A DNA stretch of 64,000 bases from Patescibacteria group bacterium (GCA_028716665.1 JAQUPP010000001.1:128467-192466), one strand, 5' to 3'. Numbered from the stretch's first letter, positions 16,131-26,077 are shown. The notes: generated by a model not told the origin, from the sequence alone. Made by a program: numbers and translations.

Positions 16131-18779
16131 TTATTTAGAGGTGTATTCAATTTGCTTTTTGTCCAGAATAACGGCTTGAGCAGCGGAAAGCCTGGCAATA
16201 GGCACGCGATAAGGGGAGCAGCTCACATAATTAAATCCGTTTTTATGGCAAAATTTTATGCTCTCCGGGTCGCCACCGTGCTCGCCGCAAATTCCGATTT
16301 TCAAATCAGGTCTGACACTTCTTCCTTTTTTAATGGCTATTGTTATCAGTTGTCCGATGCCTTCTTGATCCAAAGTTTTAAACGGATCGTCTTTGAGTAT
16401 TTTTTTGTCCAAATATATTTTAATGAATTTTCCGGCATCGTCTCGAGAAAATCCCATGCCCATTTGCGTCAAATCATTGGTACCGAACGAGAAAAATTTC
16501 GCTTCCGCGGCGATTTCATCCGCCACCAGCGAGGCTCTTGGAACTTCAATCATAGTGCCGACCAAATATTCAATTTTTACTTTGTATTTTTTCATTGTTT
16601 CGGCAGCAATATTTATGACGACATTTTTTTGGTCTTTTAATTCATTAACATGTCCGACCAGAGGAATCATTATTTCCGGAACTATTTTTATTTTTTCTTT
16701 AGCCAATTCGCAAGCCGCGGAAATAATGGCTCGGGTTTGCATTTCGGTTATTTCCGGATAAGTAATACCCAACCTGCATCCGCGATGGCCGAGCATCGGA
16801 TTTGTTTCGTGAAGTTCGCAAGATTTTTGCCAAATTTTTTCTCCGGGCACATTTATTTTTTCGGAAAGTTCGAAAGATTCTTTTTCTGTTTTCGGCAAAA
16901 ATTCATGGAGCGGGGGATCTAAGAATCTGATCGTCACTTGAAATCCTTTCATCTCCCTAAAAAGGCCTTTAAAATCTTCTTTTTGGAAAACGAATAATTT
17001 ATTTAAAACTTCGTTTCGGCCGGCGAGGTCGTCGGCTAAAATCATTTTTTGCATCAAAGGCAAGCGCTCTTTGGCGAAAAACATATGTTCGGTTCGACAA
17101 AGGCCGATGCCTTCAGCGCCAAATTGGCGGGCGACTTTTGCATCTCGCGGAATATCGGCATTGGTTCTGATTTTTAATGTTCTGATTTTGTCAGCCCATT
17201 TCATAAACTCCGCAAATTCATTGCTTAATTTAGGTTCAATTCTCGCCATTTTCCCCAAAATTACTCGGCCAGTTGAACCGTCAAGAGAAATCCAATCTCC
17301 TTCTTTGATTGTCATTTTTTTGGTGAAAAATTTTTTATTTTTTTCATCTATTTTGATTTCTTCGCAACCAACCACAGCGCATTTTCCCATTCCTCTGGCT
17401 ACGACCGCGGCATGCGATGTCATTCCGCCGCGAGAAGTTAAAATTCCCTCCGCTGCGTTGATTCCGTGAATGTCATCAGGGCAAGTTTCGGCGCGAACTA
17501 AAATTACTTTTTCCGTTTTGCTTAAAATAACCGCTTCATCGGCATTAAAAACAACTTTTCCAATGGCCGCGCCCGGAGAAGCGGGAAGTCCTTGAGTAAT
17601 TATTTCTATTTTCGCTTTTGGATCAATAATCGGGTGAAGCAGTTGATTAATTTGTTCCGGTTCAAGACGCATTAAAGCTTCTTCTTTGGAAATTAATTTT
17701 TCTTTGACCATATCCACGGCGATTTTTACCGCCGCCTGAGTGGTTCGTTTGCCGGTTCTGGTTTGCAACATATAAAGTTTTCCTTGTTCAATCGTAAATT
17801 CAAAATCTTGCACATCTTTCCAGTGTTTTTCCAGCCGCATGACTATTTTTTTTAATTCATCGTAAACTTTCGGCATTTCTTTTTTAAGTTCTTCGATCGG
17901 TTTCGGCGTTCTGACTCCGGCCACGACGTCTTCGCCTTGGGCATTGATCAAATATTCGCCGTAAATTTTTTTCTCGCCGGTTGAAGGATTACGCGTAAAA
18001 CCCACGCCAGTACCGCAATTTTCGCCAAGATTGCCGAAAACCATGGACTGGATATTCACTGCCGTGCCCAAATTATCAGGAATTTTATTTAATAGGCGGT
18101 AAGTGGCGGCTCGCGGATTATTCCAGCTTTTGAAAACTGCCATTTCCGCCATTTCTAACTGCTTAAACGGATTATCGGGAAATTCGCGGCCGATTTTTTC
18201 GTGAATGAATTTTTTATATTTCGTGATTAAGGATTTAAGATCTTCTTCTCTGAGTTCAGTGTCAAATTTCACTCCGAGTTCTTCTTTTTTCTTATTTAAA
18301 ATATCTTCAAATTCTTCTTTATTGATTTCCAAAACAACATTGCCGAACATTTGGATAAAACGGCGATAAGCATCGTAAACAAAACGCGGATTTTTAGTTT
18401 TTTGAATCAAACCGGGAATGGTTTTTAAAGAAAGACCCAAATTTAAAATCGTATCCATCATTCCGGGCATGGAAAATTTCGCTCCGCTTCTCACTGAGAG
18501 AAGCAATGGCTCGGTCGGATCGCCGAATTTTTTGTTGGTTGCTTTTTCCAATTTTTTGAGAGCTTTTTCAAATTGTTTTTTAAAATCAGGCGGCAATTTT
18601 TCTTTGTGCTCGTAAAAATAGCAGCAAACCTCGGTTGTAATCGTAAAACCGGGAGGAATCGGAATGCCATTTTTAGACATTTCCGCCAATCCAGCTCCTT
18701 TGCCGCCGAGTAAATTTTTCATTTGTCCATTGCCGTCAGTTTCATTTTTGCTGAAAAAATAAATAAATTTCTTTTCCAT
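16131..18779 (-). CDS. ppdK: Pyruvate phosphate dikinase
   Basis: LLGGKGAGLAEM, SVRSGA..SMPGMMDT, GGMTSHAAVVARG, GLCRTEHMF, FSFGTNDLTQM, GICGEHGGDP. Confidence 0.98.
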   Translation of the reverse strand: MEKKFIYFFSKNETDGNGQMKNLLGGKGAGLAEMSKNGIPIPPGFTITTEVCCYFYEHKEKLPPDFKKQFEKALKKLEKATNKKFGDPTEPLLLSVRSGAKFSMPGMMDTILNLGLSLKTIPGLIQKTKNPRFVYDAYRRFIQMFGNVVLEINKEEFEDILNKKKEELGVKFDTELREEDLKSLITKYKKFIHEKIGREFPDNPFKQLEMAEMAVFKSWNNPRAATYRLLNKIPDNLGTAVNIQSMVFGNLGENCGTGVGFTRNPSTGEKKIYGEYLINAQGEDVVAGVRTPKPIEELKKEMPKVYDELKKIVMRLEKHWKDVQDFEFTIEQGKLYMLQTRTGKRTTQAAVKIAVDMVKEKLISKEEALMRLEPEQINQLLHPIIDPKAKIEIITQGLPASPGAAIGKVVFNADEAVILSKTEKVILVRAETCPDDIHGINAAEGILTSRGGMTSHAAVVARGMGKCAVVGCEEIKIDEKNKKFFTKKMTIKEGDWISLDGSTGRVILGKMARIEPKLSNEFAEFMKWADKIRTLKIRTNADIPRDAKVARQFGAEGIGLCRTEHMFFAKERLPLMQKMILADDLAGRNEVLNKLFVFQKEDFKGLFREMKGFQVTIRFLDPPLHEFLPKTEKESFELSEKINVPGEKIWQKSCELHETNPMLGHRGCRLGITYPEITEMQTRAIISAACELAKEKIKIVPEIMIPLVGHVNELKDQKNVVINIAAETMKKYKVKIEYLVGTMIEVPRASLVADEIAAEAKFFSFGTNDLTQMGMGFSRDDAGKFIKIYLDKKILKDDPFKTLDQEGIGQLITIAIKKGRSVRPDLKIGICGEHGGDPESIKFCHKNGFNYVSCSPYRVPIARLSAAQAVILDKKQIEYTSK

Positions 18780-18851
18780 ATATTTTTAACATTATTTTAA
18801 TTAAATTGCAGTCATTATATTATATCCTAATTTTAGAATTTTTCAATTAAA

Positions 18852-18881
18852 AAAGAGGCAAATCAATTGTGATTTGCCTCT
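18852..18881 (-). terminator. Intrinsic terminator
   Basis: AGAGGCAAATC-aattgt-GATTTGCCTCT with a U-run on the minus strand. Confidence 0.75.
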
Positions 18882-18891
18882 AATATTTTTC

Positions 18892-19365
18892 TTATTTTAA
18901 ATCAGATATTTTTACTCGTCCAATCTCCTTTTCTAATTCCTCTTTTTCCCTGAGTAATTCGGGAAACCTTTTTTGGACATATCTGTTCTGCCAAATTTCC
19001 GACAGCCAAGGAATAGACGAATATGCGATAAAACTTAAGCCGGCGATAAAAATTGCCGGAGTTCTTGGAATAAAATCAGTAGGGTAAAAAATATGCGCTA
19101 TTCCTATTATACAAATAATTATCCAAATTAAGAACCAAACTTCGGAAAACCAACGAGGTTTTTTCTCGTGAATTGTTTCTTTTAATTTTTCCAATTCCCG
19201 AACCATTTTGATATTTTTGCCGGTTGCCAGGCAAAAATCAGGTAGGGGAAAAGGATGGAGATTTTTGCAAACCGGGCAACGTTTTAAAACGGTCTCACCA
19301 CAGCTGCACCTAATTTCATTCTCCATTACTATGAATATTTCTCCTCCACATATCGGACATTTCAT
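18892..19365 (-). CDS. Zn-ribbon + 2-TM hypothetical membrane protein (paralog of 26343..26849)
   Basis: AAGGAGG SD before ATG 19365. CPIC/CSC/CPVC, two hydrophobic helices, QKRFPELLREKEELE. Confidence 0.75.
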   Translation of the reverse strand: MKCPICGGEIFIVMENEIRCSCGETVLKRCPVCKNLHPFPLPDFCLATGKNIKMVRELEKLKETIHEKKPRWFSEVWFLIWIIICIIGIAHIFYPTDFIPRTPAIFIAGLSFIAYSSIPWLSEIWQNRYVQKRFPELLREKEELEKEIGRVKISDLK

Positions 19366-19416
19366 TTTTCCTCCTTGTTTTTTTATAAAGAACCATTGTC
19401 TGATTTTTATATTTAA

Positions 19417-19445
19417 ATAATAGCACATTTTTTGCCTTTTGTCAA
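19417..19445 (-). promoter_or_regulatory. Sigma70 promoter
   Basis: TTGACA-N17-TATTAT with a TGC extension. Confidence 0.65.
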
Positions 19446-19492
19446 TAGATAAAATTATTGTATTTATCTATTTTTAAGGTATAATTTAGAAT

Positions 19493-20365
19493 ATGAAATT
19501 GAAAAATAGTGACAAAATATTTGTTGTTGAAAAAATTTATCAAAAGATTTTGGGAATATACCCGTTTTTAACGAAAACGGAGAAAAATATATTTAAGAAG
19601 AAGGCCAAATTTATTTTAGATAAATCTAAATGTGGAAAATCAGAACAAGAAATCTCGATTAAAAATTTATTGGCCCTTCTTAATAGTAATGGTCACGCAG
19701 ATATTAAAGAATGGCGCAAGTCGGATCGTAATTTTATGCGCAAGGCGAAAATTAAAAAATCACCATTTTCAAAAATTGAAAATAGAATTCTTTATATTAA
19801 AATTCCGTCATGGGCGAAATGGCTTGGCGATATTGATCAAAAATTAAATAAATTTTGTCAAAAAAATATTAAAAAGTATAATGCCATTATTATTGATGTG
19901 AGAGAGAATCAAGGCGGGTCGTCAAGAATTGCCCATAATTTTGCCGGCATTTTTTTCAAAAAGACATTTATTTACGGCAAATTTATCAAGAAAAATGAAA
20001 ACGGTAAATTGAAAACTACAGAGGGCAGATTTAAACCGAATAAAAAGATTTTTATTGACCAGCCTATTATAATTTTAATTTCAAGAAAATGTTTTAGTTC
20101 AAATGAACTGTTTCTCGCACCATTTAAAATTTTAAAAAGAGCTGTTTTGATCGGCGAACCCACGGCCGGAGGAAGCGCCAACCCGATATCAGAAATAGTT
20201 GAGATTTTTGGAAAGAAATTTATTATTAGAATTCCGACTTGGAGATTTTTTTTGAAAGATAAAAAACAGCCAATAGAAAAGACAAAAATTAGTCCGGATA
20301 TTGTTTATAAAGGTAAAAATATAGAAAAGTTTGCAAAGAATTATTTATTAAAAAATAATAAGTAA
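19493..20365 (+). CDS. S41-family peptidase
   Basis: IIIDVRENQGG, CFSSNE, LIGEPTAGG, ISPDI. Confidence 0.85.
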   Translation: MKLKNSDKIFVVEKIYQKILGIYPFLTKTEKNIFKKKAKFILDKSKCGKSEQEISIKNLLALLNSNGHADIKEWRKSDRNFMRKAKIKKSPFSKIENRILYIKIPSWAKWLGDIDQKLNKFCQKNIKKYNAIIIDVRENQGGSSRIAHNFAGIFFKKTFIYGKFIKKNENGKLKTTEGRFKPNKKIFIDQPIIILISRKCFSSNELFLAPFKILKRAVLIGEPTAGGSANPISEIVEIFGKKFIIRIPTWRFFLKDKKQPIEKTKISPDIVYKGKNIEKFAKNYLLKNNK

Positions 20366-20440
20366 TACTTTTTTGCGAAATAAAATAAAAAAATAGCAGT
20401 AATACTATTTTTTTATTTTAAAAAATTTAAATTAGGTGTT

Positions 20441-20968
20441 TTATTCCTTGCAGCAGTTAAGAACCTTTTTTAATAAATCTCCCATTTTGCCGAAAAATCC
20501 GGTTTTTTCTTGGTCGTGGACATTCAGTTGGTTGTCGTCAATTTTCTTCAAGTTTGAAGTGTCGATTATTTTTAAATTTATCGCCCAAAATAGTGAATAA
20601 AGCTCGTATGATTTTTTAAATAAATCTTCGGCTTTTTCTTTTTCTCCTTGACCCAAGTGTTTTGTCCCGACTTCCATCAATCTCATCGAGCCGGCCAGTA
20701 AGTGTTTGGAAATGCACCAAACTTCGCCTTCGTAATCCTTGATAATTTTTTTCAATAAGTCCTTGCGCATTTCACGCACAGTTTTTAATAAATCAAAATA
20801 TTCCGATTTACCGGTTTTTTTTGCGGTAAAGAAAAAATGCTCTTCAATGGATATTAAATTCATGATGGCAATAGAGAGGTCTTCGTCCAACGAAAGATCC
20901 AGTCCGCCACTTTTACTTTCTTCAACTTTTTTTAAAAGTTTTTGAATTTTTTCTTGTTCCAAATCCAT
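20441..20968 (-). CDS. Hypothetical helical protein ending in NCCKE
   Basis: Intact ORF, last gene of a 3-gene operon. EDLSIAIMNLISIEEH, WCISKH. Confidence 0.75.
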   Translation of the reverse strand: MDLEQEKIQKLLKKVEESKSGGLDLSLDEDLSIAIMNLISIEEHFFFTAKKTGKSEYFDLLKTVREMRKDLLKKIIKDYEGEVWCISKHLLAGSMRLMEVGTKHLGQGEKEKAEDLFKKSYELYSLFWAINLKIIDTSNLKKIDDNQLNVHDQEKTGFFGKMGDLLKKVLNCCKE

Positions 20969-20976
20969 AAATTTGT

Positions 20977-21498
20977 TTATTTATAACATTTAGTAATCCA
21001 ATAATAAACTAAACTGGTGATTAATAAAAGAGACACCGGAATCACCACTTTTTGATAAGGAAAAAATACCTTGCCGTGATTTTTCTTTTTTAATAAATTG
21101 TTCAAACCAACGCTGATCAGGAAAACCAAACCGCCCAAAATAATGCCGAATAATAATTTATCCATCCCGCACAGGCGGTTCAAAGGATGCCCCATCAGCC
21201 CCATACCGTAAAAAGAGGCGATAAAAAAGAAATAAAAAACGAGATAAATGACGAAATCGCGCAGCTTGAAATGAATATTTTTTTTATCCAACCAGGTTAA
21301 AAACCAAATAATTAAGGAAATAATCAAGCCTCCAACCCAAATACCGGTAATTCCGTCATCAACGCCCAGCCAGCGTGAAAGCCCAATACCGGCGCCAACC
21401 GCGATAGTACAAACGGGGCAAACAGCAGAAGCTTGGTATGGCAGAAAAATCGCGGTTATGGCTAAAATCAGCCAAATATTTTTTTTAATTAAATCCAT
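20977..21498 (-). CDS. Multi-TM membrane protein with an N-terminal CPVC motif
   Basis: Signal-like QASA|VCPVC followed by 4-5 TM helices. Confidence 0.75.
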   Translation of the reverse strand: MDLIKKNIWLILAITAIFLPYQASAVCPVCTIAVGAGIGLSRWLGVDDGITGIWVGGLIISLIIWFLTWLDKKNIHFKLRDFVIYLVFYFFFIASFYGMGLMGHPLNRLCGMDKLLFGIILGGLVFLISVGLNNLLKKKNHGKVFFPYQKVVIPVSLLLITSLVYYWITKCYK

Positions 21499-21500
21499 GA

Positions 21501-21884
21501 TTATAATTTACTTTGGAAAAATTTAATAATATCAACATCTCCTATCAAGCAGACTGGGTTTTTATTTGACCCGTCAAACAAAAAAGGAATAGCAAGATCT
21601 CCTTCATTTAATCCGCATTCCCCGGCTTTTTCTTTTAATAATTCAAGATTGACGGCGATAGAAGTGTCTCGGTTCTCAAATTTTATTTTTTCAGCCGCTT
21701 TATTCTGGGCTAAAAATTCTTCCACTTTTATACAATGGGGACAGGTCGGAGAAAAGAATAAAACAATTCCGTCTTCCGGACTATTATTTTTACTTTTTTG
21801 TCCCGATCGATTGCCGATAATAACAAAAATAATCCCGATTATCACTAAAACGATAATGATGGCAAATAAAAGTTTTTTATTCAT
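21501..21884 (-). CDS. Membrane-anchored thioredoxin/glutaredoxin-fold protein
   Basis: N-terminal TM, FFSPTCPHC, AIPFL cis-Pro motif, IGD..II. Confidence 0.85.
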   Translation of the reverse strand: MNKKLLFAIIIVLVIIGIIFVIIGNRSGQKSKNNSPEDGIVLFFSPTCPHCIKVEEFLAQNKAAEKIKFENRDTSIAVNLELLKEKAGECGLNEGDLAIPFLFDGSNKNPVCLIGDVDIIKFFQSKL

Positions 21885-21940
21885 ACGATTTTCAAAGGTT
21901 TATTATTATATTTCTATTAAAGCACACTATTTATTAATTG

Positions 21941-24244
21941 TCAAAAAGTAATTTCCAAAAATGCTTTATCAGGATGATCAGTGGAAAAAGTCATAATCAG
22001 CCAATAACCGGGTTTATACATGGTCAATTGATTAAGTCCTTCATCTTGTGTTCTATAGCCAAGGCCTTCTAGATGATTTTTAACCGCAGTGACATCGTCT
22101 TTAGTAACAATACGGGGGAATATATAATCAAGCATTGAGCCATCCATATTATCAGTCATTTTAACTTGATTATTATAAAGCTGATTTAAAATCGGCAAAA
22201 GTTCGCCATCAATCGTTCGGCTTTTGTCATTAATCAGTTCGGAAGGGATCGCTCTTTCATAATTAATTTCCGGCCAAGTTCTTGTTGCGGTTGAAGCAAG
22301 GTTCGAATTTTGAACCGGAGTATTATAAGCGAAAACATTAGGCAGTGTCGGACAGAGAGTATTTTTGGAATTATTCGGGGAAACATAAGTGGTGGTTTTT
22401 GTTTTTTTGTAAACAGAAAATTCCGGTTTGCGACTGGTTAACTTGACTGAGTAAGAATCTGTTTGGCTGATTAAATCATTGGTTGTTGCGTAAAGAGTTG
22501 TTATTTCCGTGATGATTTTATCGTTATAATCCACGACCCACCCGGCGTTGTTTTTAACATTTCCGCTCCCGTCCAATTTTACCAAGAAACCGTCTTTATA
22601 ATAGGTGATGCTGCTAAGCAAAACGGATTGAACCACGTCAGTCGTATATTCGCCGGCAATAATCGCTCCACTGTCCGGTGTTGCTTTCATGACATAATTA
22701 GTCAAAGGGCCGGACTTGGGCGGTTCGATTTCTTTTATCCAGTCAATATTTAATTCTTGATCAGTTTTTATTGTCAGAATGCTTCCGTGAGAAGCTTCTG
22801 TCGCGGCTTTAATGGCTGCTTGAACTTTTTTCCAATCTTCTTGCGATTGTTTTGTTTTTTGATTTCCTTCTTTCAACATTTCCATTTCTCCGTATTTTTC
22901 AACATACCATTTGCGCTGATCGTTAACATCTTGCATTTTGGTTCCGCAATCATCATCAGCCCAAGTATTGGGTCCGGCAATTATTATTTTATTGTCAGTC
23001 GTTGAGATAATGGAATAATTTGTCATCGGTCCGCTGAAATCATTAAAACTCAAAGTTATTTTTTTGGCCCATTCCAAATTTCCAGAGGAACTAAATTTAA
23101 ATCCCATTAAAGAATTTTTTGGTTTTGAATTTACGCTATTGCTGTCTGTAATTAAAGATAAAGCAGCGGATAAATTTCCAAAAACAATATAACCGTTGTC
23201 TTTGGTTTTAGCAAGACCTTGAACGACAATTGCTCCTTGCCGCATTTCTTTCCAACCCATTTCAAGGCCGCCTTCCGGCTTGGTGATTACAGCCGCCATT
23301 TCCAAAGGGATGCCTTCAATGCTTTTTGCCCATTCAAAATTAAAATTTTTATCAAATTTGGCCAAGCCCGGATAAGTATCAAAATTGTAAGGAGGGTCTT
23401 TTTCCGGATTCGACTGAGTTAAATTGCCGGCTAAAGCATAACCGCCATCCGGCGTGGGAATTAAATAAGAATCGTTTTCGCGGGCAATGAAATTTTTTAT
23501 ATTTTTAGACCACTGGATATTTCCATTTTGATCAAATTTAAAAACTTTAAGCGATGAGTAGGGCTGATCAAAATAAACATCGCTGTCTTCTCCGACTTTA
23601 TCCGGCGTTAAATCAGTAATATTTGTGTAAAATAAAAAACCGTTATCAGCGGTTTCCAATAAAGAATTTTTGGCGTCTTCAACAAAGCCGGTAAATGATT
23701 TACTCCAAATCATATTGCCGTTTTTGTCCAATTTGGTGAACATTATTTTGTCCAGTTCTACGTTATCCGCGCTCCATTCTTTGGCAGTGATAAAACCCCA
23801 AACCTTGGAAACCATTAAATATCCGCCGCTTTTCAATTCAATAATTGATTGAACGTCTTCATCTCCCAAAGGATTTCCTGCGCCGGCGGCATTTTTGGTT
23901 TTTAAAAGTTTCATCCATTGGATACCTCCCTTTTTATCAAGTTTGGCCACAAAACCATCCGGCGGGATAAACATAATATTCGGATCCGTGGTTCCGGAAA
24001 CAATATAACCGCCGTCTTTGGTCGGCCATGCGCCATTAATTTTTGTGAATACCAAAATGCGATATGATTTAAAAAAAGTGGTATTTGATAAAGAAAGAAC
24101 GCAACTTGATGGGTCGTTATCAATTGAAGCAATGTCGGCAATTGAGGCAGTGAGAGTCGGGGTAATAACTTTAACCGCCGCGACTACAATCGCCGCGCAT
24201 CCAAAAATCACAATCGCCAGAAATGTAATAATATTTTTTTTCAT
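21941..24244 (-). CDS. Secreted beta-propeller-like repeat protein
   Basis: Signal peptide. Repeated K(L/F)D.NGN..W.K and T.DGGY...G units. Confidence 0.75.
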   Translation of the reverse strand: MKKNIITFLAIVIFGCAAIVVAAVKVITPTLTASIADIASIDNDPSSCVLSLSNTTFFKSYRILVFTKINGAWPTKDGGYIVSGTTDPNIMFIPPDGFVAKLDKKGGIQWMKLLKTKNAAGAGNPLGDEDVQSIIELKSGGYLMVSKVWGFITAKEWSADNVELDKIMFTKLDKNGNMIWSKSFTGFVEDAKNSLLETADNGFLFYTNITDLTPDKVGEDSDVYFDQPYSSLKVFKFDQNGNIQWSKNIKNFIARENDSYLIPTPDGGYALAGNLTQSNPEKDPPYNFDTYPGLAKFDKNFNFEWAKSIEGIPLEMAAVITKPEGGLEMGWKEMRQGAIVVQGLAKTKDNGYIVFGNLSAALSLITDSNSVNSKPKNSLMGFKFSSSGNLEWAKKITLSFNDFSGPMTNYSIISTTDNKIIIAGPNTWADDDCGTKMQDVNDQRKWYVEKYGEMEMLKEGNQKTKQSQEDWKKVQAAIKAATEASHGSILTIKTDQELNIDWIKEIEPPKSGPLTNYVMKATPDSGAIIAGEYTTDVVQSVLLSSITYYKDGFLVKLDGSGNVKNNAGWVVDYNDKIITEITTLYATTNDLISQTDSYSVKLTSRKPEFSVYKKTKTTTYVSPNNSKNTLCPTLPNVFAYNTPVQNSNLASTATRTWPEINYERAIPSELINDKSRTIDGELLPILNQLYNNQVKMTDNMDGSMLDYIFPRIVTKDDVTAVKNHLEGLGYRTQDEGLNQLTMYKPGYWLIMTFSTDHPDKAFLEITF

Positions 24245-24804
24245 TTTTTTAGATATTTTTTAATTTTATTCAAAAGAAAATCAAATTTAATATATCCGGA
24301 ATCTTTATTAATGTGTCCCGCGTTTTTAATAATGATTAATTTGGTATTTAAATTTTTTGCCAGCACTTTGCCTTTTTCAAGCGGGACGTAGGGATCATTA
24401 TTTGAATTGATAACATAAAATTTCTGGCAATTTTTATTTATTTTAGTCCAATTAAAGGATTTGGTCGTAAAGGTTCTATTAAGTTTATCAAAATCTCTAC
24501 GGCCTATCAAGCCGGTGAAACCAGCCACAAAAAATGCGGCTTTAATCGGATGATTCAATTTTCCCAAAACACTCAATAAAAAAGACGGCCCCAAGCTATG
24601 GCCGATAACTATAGTATCTTTATCTAAATATTGGTTGTATTTTTTAAAGATTTTCAGCCAATTTTTTAAAGATTGATTTTTGGGGGTAGGAAATTCAGGA
24701 ATAAAAACCCGGCAACCGATTTTTTTCAATTCGGATTTTAACCAAGGAAACCAGTTTCCCTTCGGACTTCCGCAGGTACCATGAATTATAATTACATTAG
24801 TCAT
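24241..24804 (-). CDS. RBBP9/YdeN-family alpha/beta hydrolase
   Basis: IIHG, NWFPWL, GHSLG, SNNDPYVP, AGHIN. Confidence 0.92.
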   Translation of the reverse strand: MTNVIIIHGTCGSPKGNWFPWLKSELKKIGCRVFIPEFPTPKNQSLKNWLKIFKKYNQYLDKDTIVIGHSLGPSFLLSVLGKLNHPIKAAFFVAGFTGLIGRRDFDKLNRTFTTKSFNWTKINKNCQKFYVINSNNDPYVPLEKGKVLAKNLNTKLIIIKNAGHINKDSGYIKFDFLLNKIKKYLKK

Positions 24805-24812
24805 TAATTTTT

Positions 24813-25115
24813 TTATTTGTATCTATTTTTGTCTCTTTTGACAACTTTATTAAAACTTTTTCTGATTGCTTTGTCCAAATCAACATTATTTGAATTGGCA
24901 AAACAAATCAGCGTATAAATTATATCGCCGATTTCTTCTTCCAGCTCTTGTTTCTTTTCTTCATCTCTTTTCGGCTTGTCGCCGTAAAGATGATTAACTA
25001 ATCTCGCGAATTCGCCGCATTCTTCGTAAAGCCGCGCCAAAATTGACAACTGAGACCAGTATTTCCAGTCGTTTTCTTTAAACCATTTGTCCAATTCTTT
25101 TTGATATTTTTTCAT
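24813..25115 (-). CDS. MazG-like nucleotide pyrophosphohydrolase (YpjD-like)
   Basis: LARLYEECGEFAR..NH.YG.KP, EEEIGDI, RDKNR. Confidence 0.9.
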   Translation of the reverse strand: MKKYQKELDKWFKENDWKYWSQLSILARLYEECGEFARLVNHLYGDKPKRDEEKKQELEEEIGDIIYTLICFANSNNVDLDKAIRKSFNKVVKRDKNRYK

Positions 25116-25139
25116 AAACGCAAATTAAAATATTTTTTA

Positions 25140-25210
25140 TGGACCTAGGCAGAATCGAACTGCCGTCTCCGCAATGCGAATGCGGCGTATTACCACTATA
25201 CTATAGGCCC
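25140..25210 (-). tRNA. tRNA-Ala(CGC)
   Basis: GGGCCTA/TAGGTCC acceptor with G3:U70, CCGCA-TTCGCAT-TGCGG anticodon arm, GTTCGATTC T-loop. Confidence 0.95.
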
Positions 25211-25944
25211 TTGTTTGCCAAACCTTGCCAGGTTAAATCAAATAAAATTCTGACAAAATTGGCGATTTTTTTATCTTCAATGGAAACAATGAAAATTTCA
25301 TCTTGCAGAGAACCGAGTAAAATTTTATCGCCGACAATACCTAGATCACTGCCAGACGGTTTTATATTTTTAGGCAAAAAACGAATTTGGTGAAACGGCC
25401 CTTGATTTCTTTTAGTATAATCTTTAGCAACCGGCTCGTCAAATAAAATTTCTCTAACCGAGAAGTTTTTATTTTTCTGTTTTTTTTCAAAAGGTTTGGC
25501 CATTTTGGGGTATCGTTTGTCAGCCTCGCTTATTGTACTAATAAATAATATTTCACCCTGATATTCTAAGATATCCTGATAAGCCCGATCCGGCGCGTCC
25601 TCGCCTTCAAAAATCATAATTTTTGGTTTTTGTTTTTCTAAATTATGGATAGCCATTAATTGAGGCAATAAACTTTGAAAATCCAAAATTTGTTCATTTA
25701 AAGAATTTAAAATTTTTTTTGGCGGCTGGGCGATAAAAACTTGGGTCCGTTCTTTGAGCGAGCGGGTGACTAATCCTTTTTCGGCCAGTAAATCCAAAAT
25801 TAAATAAGTAGTTGGACGTTTGACTCCGCTTTTTTTGCTGATTTCCATGGGCGTGCCGGCGCCAAGTTCCAAGGCAGCCAAATAAACAGCTGATTCTTTT
25901 TCCGCCAGACCGAATTTAGTTAATTGTTCCTTTAAAGTGTTCAT
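25201..25944 (-). CDS. TrmB-family transcriptional regulator
   Basis: KESAVYLAALELG, SGVKRPTTYLIL..L, KPKIMIFEG. Confidence 0.9.
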   Translation of the reverse strand: MNTLKEQLTKFGLAEKESAVYLAALELGAGTPMEISKKSGVKRPTTYLILDLLAEKGLVTRSLKERTQVFIAQPPKKILNSLNEQILDFQSLLPQLMAIHNLEKQKPKIMIFEGEDAPDRAYQDILEYQGEILFISTISEADKRYPKMAKPFEKKQKNKNFSVREILFDEPVAKDYTKRNQGPFHQIRFLPKNIKPSGSDLGIVGDKILLGSLQDEIFIVSIEDKKIANFVRILFDLTWQGLANKGL

Positions 25945-25950
25945 GTTTTT

Positions 25951-25978
25951 ATTATAACATATTTATTGATGTTGTCAA
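25951..25978 (-). promoter_or_regulatory. Sigma70 promoter, probably leaderless transcript
   Basis: TTGACA-N16-TATAAT, ATG 6 nt after the -10. Confidence 0.7.
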
Positions 25979-25995
25979 GATTATTGACACATAAG

Positions 25996-26004
25996 TTATC
26001 CACA
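25996..26004 (+). promoter_or_regulatory. DnaA box
   Basis: Perfect TTATCCACA in the divergent intergenic region. Confidence 0.55.
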
Positions 26005-26048
26005 GATACATTTAACTTTGTTTATTCACTATTTGGCGTCTAAAATTC

Positions 26049-26077
26049 TTGACAGATTTTAAAAATTGTGCTATACT
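26049..26077 (+). promoter_or_regulatory. Sigma70 promoter
   Basis: TTGACA-N17-TATACT with a TGC extension. Confidence 0.75.

Noticed and set aside
15490-18615. Several + strand ORFs (up to 198 aa) opposite ppdK and the thiouridylase
   Set aside because: Antisense shadows of well-conserved genes with no motifs or start signals.
25139-25393. 84-aa ORF MDLGRIELPSPQCECG
   Set aside because: Antisense translation of tRNA-Ala and the TrmB gene.
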